From: Sphingobacteriales bacterium
Lineage (GTDB): Bacteria; Bacteroidota; Bacteroidia; NS11-12g; UBA9320
Reading direction: 5' to 3'
NCBI GenBank assembly: GCA_043511425.1
Contig: CP121331.1
Coordinates: 1,450,992-1,514,991, forward strand
DNA: 64,000 bases
Both the position numbers and the translations under genes were made by a program. A model generated the notes under the pieces. That model did no database searches and had not been told where the DNA came from. It saw only the letters and a program-made list of their open reading frames with translations. Numbering within the stretch: the stretch's first letter is position 1; every line of letters begins with the position of its first letter. This document shows, one piece after another, positions 20,768-30,917 of the stretch.

Positions 20768-22774
20768 TTAAAACAAAAACCACTTAACACTATGACCCTG
20801 ATATTGGATCACATACTCTCCTGGGTGTAAGTTATGGCTAAACACATTCCCTTCTAACTGAAACTCATACGATCTGCCTAACATATCAACTAATTTCACC
20901 TCAGAAGCTTCCAACGGTCTTTTACTCTCCAGCGTTACGACGTTTCCTGCCATCGATGGATTCGGGTAGACCGAGAGGCTCAAGTCTGATTCACGAAGAT
21001 CTAAGTATACTTGAGAAGAATATTCTGTTGTTCCATCAAAATCCACCATTTTCAACCTGTAAGTATTACGCCCCTTATGAAGATTTCTATCGGTGAAGAA
21101 ATAATATGAGATTTCACTGGTATTGTGATTCCCTTCTATTCGGGCAATTGACTCCCAGTTATTGTTTGGTGCTTTTTTCTGAAGCTCGAAGTGGCTAAAA
21201 TTCAGTTCTTGAGCGGTAGTCCATTGTAGTAGACCTTGCTGATCTTCAATATGCCCCGAAAACTCAATAAGAACAACCGGCAACGAAGCGATAGACACAG
21301 CCTCGGTGAAACTACCTGTAGCGTTATTGTAGTACGAACCAGTAATGGTGTTTTGTAGTTTTGTATAACTAACATAGTATTTATCATTTGAAGCACCGGA
21401 TGTATCCGTGTAAGCAGTATCCGCTCCTGTTAAATTGGCCTTCAGTACATATTTACTCGTAGCTGAATCGTACTTATACAATTGTACAGAAGTGATACCT
21501 GCTACTGGAAGTGTCCAAGAAAGATCTACTTGCGTTCCTGCTGTGTCTTCGTAGGCTACTAGGTCACTCACTACGGGTAAGTACTCACTTCTAAGTGTAG
21601 GATCTCCAAGTAATTCTATATGTCTACCATTTCCAAAATCTCCTTCAATGTCATAAAGGGGCGAACCCGTGTTACTAGAGTTTTCTATTGATAGTTTTGC
21701 ACTATACCCTATCGGATTATTCATTCCCATATGGTGAAAAAACCAATTGGGTCTTCCAGCCCAAGCAGTCGTCAGTAACTTTCCATTGGCCATGGCAGAG
21801 CGCATTAGATTATCAGAAGTATTCCAATCTCCTAAATAGCTTCCAAAAAGCATAGAGAATATTCCTTGATAGGTTGTTTGATGTAAATCAGTAATACTTC
21901 CAAATCCAGCAATACTTGTATCTGAACCTCCTCCGCATACGTAGCTCCACTTATAGGTAGTTGAACTTAATCCTGTCAATACATCAGAGGTTACCACACC
22001 ACTATCACAGAGACTTGTAAAATTGCCATATCCGTTACCTGCAAACCCCTCAGAAGTCGAAGAGAAGTTATCTTCTATAATCCCTTGATCTACATAAGCT
22101 AAGTTTGCTCGTTTATACGATGAGACCTTATCTAGATAACCCTGCATCATCTGGAGCTCTGAACTTGATGATTTAGATAAATCATAAAAATCCACTCTTG
22201 CAATAGCACAAAACAAATCACTATTTATCGTGTTTTGATCAAATTTCCCATCTCCGATGGTATTTTCATTCTTTGGTCTGGAGGTGTTCAGCTGATTGAT
22301 CGTACTATCACTCCAATCTGACGCTGGAGTAACATAATATAAATCTGTAGGCCACGCTCCTCGGTGATCTACGTGTCCATCTGGAGCAGTATTGCCTGAG
22401 TATGGAACTGGAAGGTGACCAATCAAATACACTGCATCTAGAGTAGCTAGGTTATGCACGCTATCTATCCTTGTTTTTAGAGAACTTACACTGCTATCAG
22501 AGCTGTGTTCTATAATGATTGGGTTCCATCGATCACTGATTAGGTCCTTTGTGAGTTCTTCCATTTGAACAGACAATCCGGAACTGAGTCTTTTATCTAA
22601 GACTATTAATATATCTCCTCTACTCGTTACTTCATCTAACTCAAATCCCGCTGAAATATAACCATACTTCATCCCCGAGTAACCTGAAGCTGTATTAGTG
22701 TGCACCTCAATGGTCAAAGACTTACCGGAAAATGAGAAAGTATCAAATGTGGAGTTTAAACCAATATTAGTGAT
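20768..22774 (-). CDS. T9SS cargo protein, paralog B of 18356-20549. The central and C-terminal parts are intact, but it lacks the signal peptide and most of the N-terminal domain, so it is probably a 5'-truncated copy
   Basis: 649-aa track ORF (TTG start). The frame is open upstream only to a TAG at 22775-22777. Homology to paralog A starts at ..SGxxYGYISAGFE.., and no hydrophobic N-terminus is present. Contains GHLPVPYSGNTAPDGHVDHRGAW, WSYVCGGGSDTS, LLGDPTL and a T9SS C-terminal domain (VYPNPS..GEYVIQY). Confidence 0.6.
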   Translation of the reverse strand: MTNIGLNSTFDTFSFSGKSLTIEVHTNTASGYSGMKYGYISAGFELDEVTSRGDILIVLDKRLSSGLSVQMEELTKDLISDRWNPIIIEHSSDSSVSSLKTRIDSVHNLATLDAVYLIGHLPVPYSGNTAPDGHVDHRGAWPTDLYYVTPASDWSDSTINQLNTSRPKNENTIGDGKFDQNTINSDLFCAIARVDFYDLSKSSSSELQMMQGYLDKVSSYKRANLAYVDQGIIEDNFSSTSEGFAGNGYGNFTSLCDSGVVTSDVLTGLSSTTYKWSYVCGGGSDTSIAGFGSITDLHQTTYQGIFSMLFGSYLGDWNTSDNLMRSAMANGKLLTTAWAGRPNWFFHHMGMNNPIGYSAKLSIENSSNTGSPLYDIEGDFGNGRHIELLGDPTLRSEYLPVVSDLVAYEDTAGTQVDLSWTLPVAGITSVQLYKYDSATSKYVLKANLTGADTAYTDTSGASNDKYYVSYTKLQNTITGSYYNNATGSFTEAVSIASLPVVLIEFSGHIEDQQGLLQWTTAQELNFSHFELQKKAPNNNWESIARIEGNHNTSEISYYFFTDRNLHKGRNTYRLKMVDFDGTTEYSSQVYLDLRESDLSLSVYPNPSMAGNVVTLESKRPLEASEVKLVDMLGRSYEFQLEGNVFSHNLHPGEYVIQYQGHSVKWFLF

Positions 22775-22829
22775 CTAATAATTAAAGTAGAAAGTTCTAT
22801 TGAGTTAGAAAACTCGCTTGGATTCGAGC

Positions 22830-24068
22830 TTACTTCTTCTTCCCTTTTTTCTTCTTCTTAACTGGCTCTTGCTTCATCAGCGACTTCCAGTCATCTTTAC
22901 CATCATCAGCCAGGTCTACAGTTTCAGAGTACTCACCTTTAGTCACCATAGCGCGCTTAATGGGCACCGTAGTGTACTCCTCTATAGCTGATAGGTATTC
23001 TTTTTCTTCTTTAGCACAGAAAGAGATGGCTTTTCCCTTAGCTCTTCCTCTGCCTGTTCTACCTACACGATGGACATAATTTTCGGCTACATCAGGTAAA
23101 TCATAGTTTACCACAAAGTCGATTCCGTCGATATCTATTCCTCTTGCCGTCACATCAGTAGCAATCATTATCCTACATGCTCCTGTACGGAAGGCCAGTA
23201 ATGCGGTCTCTCTATCGTCTTGTTCTTTATCGCCGTGAATCGTAAGCGTATCTATATCCGCTCGCTCCATTGCTTTTTTCACTCGCTCTGCTCGCACTTT
23301 CGTTCTCACAAAAACTAGAAACTTCTTGTCGCTATTTTCCTGAAGTAGCCGCTGTAGAAAGAAGCGCTTATCATCCATTTCTACAAAAACCATCTGATGG
23401 TCCACATTCTTGCTTACGGGGTCTTTCGGACTTACCTGTATGCGAATAGCTCCATTACCAACCATCTGGTACGCTTGTTTCTTTATAGTTGGATTAATGG
23501 TGGCCGAGAAAAAGAGGGTTTGTCTCCGACCTGGAATTTTATCCACTAAATCACTTATATCTTTCGCAAAACCCAAGTCTAGCATATGATCAGCCTCGTC
23601 TAATACCAATATTTCCACTTTATTCAGTTTTAGATATCCTTGACTAGCTAGGTCAAACATCCTACCTGGGGTACTGACGATAATGTCCATCCCTTCCAGC
23701 AATTTATTGATCTGATGATCTTGCTCCACACCTCCATAGATACAGAGAGCTTTCACCTTAGTGTGCACTCCTATCTGATTAAACACCTGCGTGATCTGCT
23801 GCGCAAGTTCTCGCGTAGGCGCCATTACGACAACACGCACTACGCTTCCCTTTTCATTCGACTTATACTTTATCTGCTGTATTTTATCTATGATGGGAAT
23901 GGCAAATGCGGCAGTCTTACCTGTACCCGTTTGAGCTATCGCCAACACGTCTTCTCCGCGCTGTATGTGAGGAACACACTTAAACTGAATATCCGTGGGT
24001 CTACGGAAACCCATTTCAAAAAGATTACGTTTTACCTCTTTGGACAGTCTGTATTCGTCAAATTTCAT
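22830..24068 (-). CDS. DEAD-box ATP-dependent RNA helicase (RhlE/CsdA-like) with a Lys-rich tail
   Basis: Motifs AQTGTGKT, PTRELA, DEAD, SAT and HRVGRTGR, with a KKKKKGKKK C-terminus. Confidence 0.9.
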   Translation of the reverse strand: MKFDEYRLSKEVKRNLFEMGFRRPTDIQFKCVPHIQRGEDVLAIAQTGTGKTAAFAIPIIDKIQQIKYKSNEKGSVVRVVVMAPTRELAQQITQVFNQIGVHTKVKALCIYGGVEQDHQINKLLEGMDIIVSTPGRMFDLASQGYLKLNKVEILVLDEADHMLDLGFAKDISDLVDKIPGRRQTLFFSATINPTIKKQAYQMVGNGAIRIQVSPKDPVSKNVDHQMVFVEMDDKRFFLQRLLQENSDKKFLVFVRTKVRAERVKKAMERADIDTLTIHGDKEQDDRETALLAFRTGACRIMIATDVTARGIDIDGIDFVVNYDLPDVAENYVHRVGRTGRGRAKGKAISFCAKEEKEYLSAIEEYTTVPIKRAMVTKGEYSETVDLADDGKDDWKSLMKQEPVKKKKKGKKK

Positions 24069-24406
24069 TACACTGCAAAGGTAGGAGAAAGTATACGTCT
24101 AATTGCCATATAAGATTAGGACTAAAACCATTCCACCCATTACACCCTACTGGTATGAAATGCTGGATTCTAATGTAACCTGAACCACTCAACTGGCAGT
24201 ACGAAAGCAAAGCCACTTACTCAATGACACTTTAGCACCCCTACCATCAAAGAGCAAAGAGGCCATCAACATCTATTAAACACAACCTCTGACACATGTT
24301 TTTGCAGTCACATACTTCACTATCCCTATTTATATTCACTATTTAGAATCTGAATCTTTCAAAACAACCCAATTAATATTCTTGCATTCCTTACCTTCGC
24401 CGGCGA

Positions 24407-25399
24407 ATGAGTTTACATGATTTGCGATTAGAAGTAATGTCTACTATAGGAAAGTCTATGGATGATTTACTAGATAAATTTTTAAAACCAATAGAAACCA
24501 ACTGGCAACCATCGGATCTTTTACCGGACTCACGTGACCCAGAGTTTTTTGATGAGTTAAAGGAGATCCAAGAGTTAGCCAAGGAAATGGACTATGACCT
24601 GCTTACAGTGCTCATAGGCGATACTATTACTGAAGAAGCTCTTCCTACCTACGAGTCTTGGCTGATGGATGTAGAAGGCGTAAATCAACAGTACAATAAT
24701 GGAGGCCCAAATGGATGGAGTCAATGGGTACGAGGCTGGACCGCAGAAGAAAATAGACACGGCGATCTACTAAATAAATACTTGTACATCTGTGGTAGAG
24801 TAGATATGCGTGAAATGGAAATCACTACGCAGCACCTTATTAATGATGGCTTTGATATAGGTACAGATAAAGATCCGTACAAAAACTTTGTATACACGAG
24901 TTTTCAAGAGCAAGCAACCAATGTGTCTCACCGTAGAGTAGCTACTTTAGTTAAAAAAACGGGAAACTCACTACTGGCCAAGATCAATGGCATAATAGCG
25001 GCTGATGAAGCACGTCACGCTACTGCTTACTCAGCTTTCGTACAGCGAATATTCGAACTTGACCCAAGTCAGATGATGACTGCTTTCGAAGATATGATGC
25101 GCAGGAAAATAGTGATGCCCGCTCACTTCATGAGACAAACAGGCGATAAGGCTGGAGAACTGTGGGAACACTTCAGTGACGCAGCACAACGCACCAAAGT
25201 ATACACTGCTCAAGACTACATAGACATACTCTCTGGCCTTATAAAAGAGTGGGATATAGAACATATCACAGATTTAAACGCTGCCGGCGAAAAAGCACGC
25301 GACTACCTAATGGCCTTGCCAGACAGGCTGCAACGTGTCACGAATCGCATGAAGGACCCTGAGAAGGAGTACGAGTTTAAGTGGATAGGGACGCACTAA
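24407..25399 (+). CDS. Soluble acyl-ACP desaturase (di-iron, stearoyl-ACP desaturase family)
   Basis: 330 aa. Di-iron ligand motifs WTAEENRHG and AADEARH, about 90 residues apart. Overall similarity to plant and actinobacterial acyl-ACP desaturases. Confidence 0.8.
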   Translation: MSLHDLRLEVMSTIGKSMDDLLDKFLKPIETNWQPSDLLPDSRDPEFFDELKEIQELAKEMDYDLLTVLIGDTITEEALPTYESWLMDVEGVNQQYNNGGPNGWSQWVRGWTAEENRHGDLLNKYLYICGRVDMREMEITTQHLINDGFDIGTDKDPYKNFVYTSFQEQATNVSHRRVATLVKKTGNSLLAKINGIIAADEARHATAYSAFVQRIFELDPSQMMTAFEDMMRRKIVMPAHFMRQTGDKAGELWEHFSDAAQRTKVYTAQDYIDILSGLIKEWDIEHITDLNAAGEKARDYLMALPDRLQRVTNRMKDPEKEYEFKWIGTH

Positions 25400-25448
25400 C
25401 ACAAGTTTAAATTTAAGCTGAAGTTTAGATTTATATTTCATTCGAACC

Positions 25449-25493
25449 ATGCTATCGGGAGAATATAGAAAGAACATCACCATAGGCGCAGAG
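25449..25493 (+). repeat. 45-bp degenerate duplicate of the first 15 codons of the downstream ywbE-like gene (25548-25592)
   Basis: Compare atgctatcgggagaatatagaaagaacatcaccataggcgcagag with atgctatcaggagaatatagaaaaaatatcaccataggcgcagag, which is about 4 mismatches. The upstream copy opens a 28-codon ORF that ends at a TGA. Confidence 0.8.
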
Positions 25494-25547
25494 CCTTCGA
25501 TACAACACACTACCGTGTGCCACTCAGTCTGACAACCAATTTACAAA

Positions 25548-25751
25548 ATGCTATCAGGAGAATATAGAAAAAATATCACCATAGGCGCAGAGGTGGAGAT
25601 AGTGCAGAAGAATCATCAGCGTACGGGTGAGCTTACTAGTGGCTTCGTGCAGCGAATACTTACTAAGTCTCCTCAGCATACGCATGGTATAAAAGTACTG
25701 CTAGAAACCGGTGAAGTGGGTCGAGTGAAAAATGTGCTAGAGGAAGATTAG
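25548..25751 (+). CDS. YwbE family protein (DUF2196)
   Basis: 67 aa. The pattern ..V.IV.K..QRTG.LT.G.V..ILT.SP.H.HGIKV.L..G.VGRV..V matches YwbE. Confidence 0.7.
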   Translation: MLSGEYRKNITIGAEVEIVQKNHQRTGELTSGFVQRILTKSPQHTHGIKVLLETGEVGRVKNVLEED

Positions 25752-25846
25752 CCTTTGATAAGTTTTTCTCTTTTCAGTTAAAACACGCTCCTTACAAGCA
25801 ATACAAATACTTCTCAACTATTTTACGCATTATCTGTTAAATAACT

Positions 25847-26323
25847 ATGAGCAATTTCTACGATTTAACAGCAAAGACTCCCGCAGGACAGGAACTAAAA
25901 ATGGCTGACTATAAAGGCAAGCCAGTTCTTATCATTAATACCGCTACACAGTGTGGGCTCACGCCACAGTTTGACGGCTTAGAGAAACTACATCAAGACT
26001 ACAAGGATAAAGGCTTAGTAGTACTCGGTTTCCCTTGCAATCAGTTCGCTGGACAAGAACCAGAAACCAATGACACTATAGAAGAGACTTGCAAAATAAA
26101 TCACGGAGTAACGTTCCAGCTTACCGAAAAAGTAGATGTAAACGGAGCTGATACACATCCTATATTTAAGCACCTGAAAAAAGAGAAAGGTGGTTTTCTT
26201 TTACCAAAAATCAAATGGAACTTTACGAAGTTTTTAGTCAACAAAGAAGGAGAAGTAGTCAAACGCTATGCTCCTACCACTACCCCAGATAAGATAGCTG
26301 GCGATATAGAAAAAGCGCTATAA
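25847..26323 (+). CDS. Glutathione peroxidase (Cys-type, BtuE-like)
   Basis: 158 aa with motifs NTATQCGLTPQ, LGFPCNQF and KWNFTKFL. Confidence 0.9.
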   Translation: MSNFYDLTAKTPAGQELKMADYKGKPVLIINTATQCGLTPQFDGLEKLHQDYKDKGLVVLGFPCNQFAGQEPETNDTIEETCKINHGVTFQLTEKVDVNGADTHPIFKHLKKEKGGFLLPKIKWNFTKFLVNKEGEVVKRYAPTTTPDKIAGDIEKAL

Positions 26324-26404
26324 CGCTTAGTAGTGCTTCTGCAAACCTTCTTTCATTACCTATTCTTGTGTGTAACGCTATTTCAGGACTATACGCTATA
26401 GCAC

Positions 26405-26438
26405 AAAAAAAAGAGCAGACTTAGCGTCTGCTCTTTTA
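26405..26438. terminator. Bidirectional Rho-independent terminator between gpx and the groEL 3' region
   Basis: 9-bp stem agagcagac / gtctgctct with a 5-nt loop. An A-run on one side (T8 on the minus strand) and TTTT on the other. Confidence 0.65.
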
Positions 26439-26453
26439 CTTATTGATTTCTAT

Positions 26454-26750
26454 GATGGATTCGCCTCGGCGAATAAGAAATCTCTAATTGCCTGAAGGCA
26501 AAAGAGCAAAAAACAAAAGGAGTAAGCGCTCGGTCTACTCCTCTTTAAATTGTTGTTGTGTTTGATGAATCCTCCTACGCTTTGCTTCGGCGGATAAGAA
26601 ATCTCTAATTGCCTGAAGGCAAAAGAGCAAAAAAAACAAAAGGAGTAAACGCTAGGTCTACTCCTCTTTAAATTGTTGTTGTGTTTGATGAATCCTCCTA
26701 CGCTTTGCTTCGGCGGATAAGAAATCTCTAATTGCCTGAAGGCAAAAGAG
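26454..26750. repeat. Tandem repeat of about 2.5 units (110, 123 and a partial unit) immediately 3' of groEL; each full unit carries a terminator-like hairpin
   Basis: Units start at 26454, 26564 and 26687 (gatg[g/a]at...). They share ataagaaatctctaattgcctgaaggcaaaagagcaaaaaa..caaaaggagtaa.cgct.ggtctactcctctttaaattgttgttgtgtttgat. On the groEL strand each unit ends GGAGTAGACC.AGCG.TTACTCCTTTTGTTTTTT. Confidence 0.85.
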
Positions 26751-26755
26751 CTTTC

Positions 26756-28411
<1,656 letters not shown>

Positions 28412-28422
28412 TTAAAATGAAA

Positions 28423-28692
28423 TTAAACAATTGCGAGAATATCTGATTCTCTCATTATTAATAAATCCTTGCCATCTACGGCTAGCTCTGTACCTGAATA
28501 CTTGCCATAAAGGACGGTATCACCAACCTTTACAGTAGTAGGTTCATCCACTTTACCTGGGCCTACTGCAATTACAGTCCCTTTCTGTGGTTTCTCTTTG
28601 GCAGTATCTGGAATGTAGATACCTCCTGCAGTCTGCGTTACCGCGGCTGCTGGCTCTACCAATACTCTGTCTGATAATGGTTTTATGTTCAT
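28423..28692 (-). CDS. groES: Co-chaperonin GroES
   Basis: [14 protein letters not shown]...GKV...[16 protein letters not shown]. The track ORF extends 12 codons upstream (to 28728); the internal Met matches the canonical GroES start. Confidence 0.93.
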   Translation of the reverse strand: MNIKPLSDRVLVEPAAAVTQTAGGIYIPDTAKEKPQKGTVIAVGPGKVDEPTTVKVGDTVLYGKYSGTELAVDGKDLLIMRESDILAIV

Positions 28693-28865
28693 TTTTGTAT
28701 TAAAATTATATATTGTACTTCCACCCAATCATACTCTATGCCAATAGCTAAAAAACGACATTTTAACACCGAGATAAGTCATAGTGTCAGCAAACAGATG
28801 AGTCAGAATGATGTACGTCCATAAGCAAGACTTGAATTACTTACTTATTGCCGTTTTTAAGGCAC

Positions 28866-28890
28866 AAAAAAAGCCCGTAAAAACGGGCTT
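28866..28890 (-). terminator. Rho-independent terminator after secG
   Basis: On the minus strand, aagcccg-tttttа-like loop-cgggctt (7-bp stem) is followed by seven T. Confidence 0.6.
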
Positions 28891-28915
28891 ATATTTTACC
28901 ATCACTAGGATGTAT

Positions 28916-29338
28916 TTAGTCTGTTAAATCTACTTCCACTTCTGCACCCTCTAACATTTCTTGCATCTCTGCATTGCTAGGAGTATTCGAAGGATTAGAA
29001 GGTTGAGTCGTAGCAGGTGTACTTGGGCTAGATGGTGCATCTACACCTGTGTTTGTAGGAGCTAACGGAGTAGACTCCTCTATTCTTTCTAAAAACTCAT
29101 TTTGCTTCGCTGTATCTGGAGCATAGACAAATCTACTTCCCACAGCAGCTAATACCAGAACAAGAGCTAGTGTCCAAGTTGCTTTCTCTACAAACTCGTT
29201 GGTTTTTTTCACACCTGCTATTTGATTAGCGGCAGAAAAGTTAGCTGCGATTCCTCCTCCTTTTGGATTTTGTACTAGGACTACCAAGATAAGTAGAATG
29301 GCTGCTATAATAGCTATGATTATTAATGTTGTAAACAT
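28916..29338 (-). CDS. secG: Preprotein translocase subunit SecG with a Pro/Ser/Thr-rich C-terminal extension
   Basis: N-terminus MFTTLIIIAIIAAILLILVVLVQNPKGGG and a second TM helix WTLALVLVLAAV. Confidence 0.85.
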   Translation of the reverse strand: MFTTLIIIAIIAAILLILVVLVQNPKGGGIAANFSAANQIAGVKKTNEFVEKATWTLALVLVLAAVGSRFVYAPDTAKQNEFLERIEESTPLAPTNTGVDAPSSPSTPATTQPSNPSNTPSNAEMQEMLEGAEVEVDLTD

Positions 29339-29343
29339 GGTGC

Positions 29344-30408
29344 TTATTGTTCTTTTTGAAGTTCTTCTAATTCCGTAATTCGGGCGGCAAAATACGCTGA
29401 TTTATCAGGATTTTGCAAACTTAATTTTTGGTACCCTTTTATGGCTTTAAGGTAATGCCCTTGTTTTGCATAAAGCTCTAGTAATGTCTCACTTACCACA
29501 TTCATACTATCTACTTCGCTTTCTTCTGCTTTATTCTGGGCATTATAAAAAGCACGGCTTTGAATAGGTCGCTTACGTTTAGTAGCTAAAAACTGGTCCA
29601 ACAGCTGTTGGACTTTGTCGGGAGACTTTCGTGCAGGAGTAGCTTCTTTTTTATCTTCCCCAATATTGTTGAGCCACGAAGCAAAGTCTTGCTCCCCTTT
29701 TTCTTCCGCATCTTCTCGTTGCTCAATGAGTTTAGTAAGTTCCTCTTCCGTATTATAGATTACCGTATCATAACTAAGCGACTCTTTAGGCGGAGTTTTA
29801 ACAACTTTCAAAGCTTCTAACTCCTTTATGGGGTCGTACTTGATAAGTTTATCAAAATCTATTGGCGATGTTGCAGGAGACAGCCCTTCTTGCTCCTCCG
29901 TACTTACAGACTCCTCTAGATTCGTATTCTCTGCCTTAACCTCTTCTGGAGACACTACATCTTCAGCAATGGATTCTTCTTTAGACGCTATCTTGGCTTC
30001 CTCAACAGCCGCTGTAGTCTCTATTTCTTCTTGAACATCCGCAGCTACTTTATGCTCTGCTACTACCTCCGTGTCACTTTCTATGCTTGTTTCAGTCAGC
30101 GATGTAGCGACTTCTTCCTCACTTACTTTTGGATCGATAGCCGTTTCTTTCTGGTTATCTGCTTCTTCTTTGAGCTGATGCATCATATCAAAAAGCACCA
30201 CTCTATCCCCTATGTATGTACTCGCTAAACGCAGGTGTTTGCCTTGTAAATATGAATCTATATTGGCATAACCCTTCGCTAAAAGCACCTGATACGTAGC
30301 GCACCAAGGTTTATTTTTAAGCTCTTCCGTGAGTAGAAGTATCTCTTCCTCTCCTATTCTATTCGGATACTGAATCAGTGCGGGTATGTCTAGACGGTTA
30401 CCTACCAA
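29344..30408 (-). CDS. Acidic hypothetical protein with a C-terminal TPR-like motif
   Basis: 354 aa with a Glu-rich centre. The C-terminus is LELYAKQGHYLKAIKGYQKLSLQNPDKSAYFAARI. It sits between lptE-like and secG, a gene order I recall as conserved in Flavobacteriia. Confidence 0.45.
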   Translation of the reverse strand: MVGNRLDIPALIQYPNRIGEEEILLLTEELKNKPWCATYQVLLAKGYANIDSYLQGKHLRLASTYIGDRVVLFDMMHQLKEEADNQKETAIDPKVSEEEVATSLTETSIESDTEVVAEHKVAADVQEEIETTAAVEEAKIASKEESIAEDVVSPEEVKAENTNLEESVSTEEQEGLSPATSPIDFDKLIKYDPIKELEALKVVKTPPKESLSYDTVIYNTEEELTKLIEQREDAEEKGEQDFASWLNNIGEDKKEATPARKSPDKVQQLLDQFLATKRKRPIQSRAFYNAQNKAEESEVDSMNVVSETLLELYAKQGHYLKAIKGYQKLSLQNPDKSAYFAARITELEELQKEQ

Positions 30409-30917
30409 TTGATTGCCGCTTTATTAAAAATAGACTGTATGAGCATATCAGAGATTTCCTCTACCAATTCATTTTCTACTGCATTAAAATCCTGAGTAGC
30501 ATCAAAATCTTTGAAGTTTGAAAATGACTGCTCAAACGACAACTTGGGGTCGCTTTTACATACCAATTTCACATTAGCAACGATAGTAAGCCTATTGAGC
30601 GTAGCGACATCTGAACTCTGAGCAGAAGCTGGACTTACTGTGAAATTCGTAATTTCTCCACTAAAGTCAAAGTCTCCCTCCTTCTCAGTAATACTCATAT
30701 TCGTCTCTGAAATAAACTTTTGTTTTAGTCCTTCAGTAAGGGTTTGGCTCAGCAATGGCGAGTTTATGGAAACATTATTTTCAAAGAATGACACTGAAAA
30801 GGTCTTTACTTCCAAAGGGATACTCGTACCACTGAACGAATAAAATCCACAAGAGGAGAGCATAACAACTGCTCCAATCAACATCCCCATTAAACTGGCG
30901 CTAGCTTTCGATTTCAT
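30402..30917 (-). CDS. LptE-like LPS-assembly lipoprotein
   Basis: Internal Met start MKSKASASLMGMLIGAVVMLSSCGFYSFSG (lipobox). Size and position next to the sigma-54 activator fit Bacteroidota LptE family proteins. The track ORF start at 30989 overlaps the upstream gene by 89 nt and is unlikely. Confidence 0.55.
   Translation of the reverse strand: MKSKASASLMGMLIGAVVMLSSCGFYSFSGTSIPLEVKTFSVSFFENNVSINSPLLSQTLTEGLKQKFISETNMSITEKEGDFDFSGEITNFTVSPASAQSSDVATLNRLTIVANVKLVCKSDPKLSFEQSFSNFKDFDATQDFNAVENELVEEISDMLIQSIFNKAAINW

Noticed and set aside
24069-24406. C/A-rich, G-poor composition of several intergenic spacers on the plus strand (also 18200-18355, 41600-41760 and 63700-63900) as a dispersed repeat family.
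   Set aside because: I found no shared sequence blocks between them. The bias is most simply strand compositional skew that shows up more in non-coding DNA.
26454-26750. A CRISPR array downstream of groEL.
   Set aside because: The units are 110-123 bp and directly abut each other without unique spacers. No cas genes are present. This is a plain tandem repeat.
28693-28915. A CIRCE (HrcA) operator upstream of groES.
   Set aside because: No TTAGCACTC-N9-GAGTGCTAA-like inverted repeat is present. The only hairpin in the spacer is the secG terminator.
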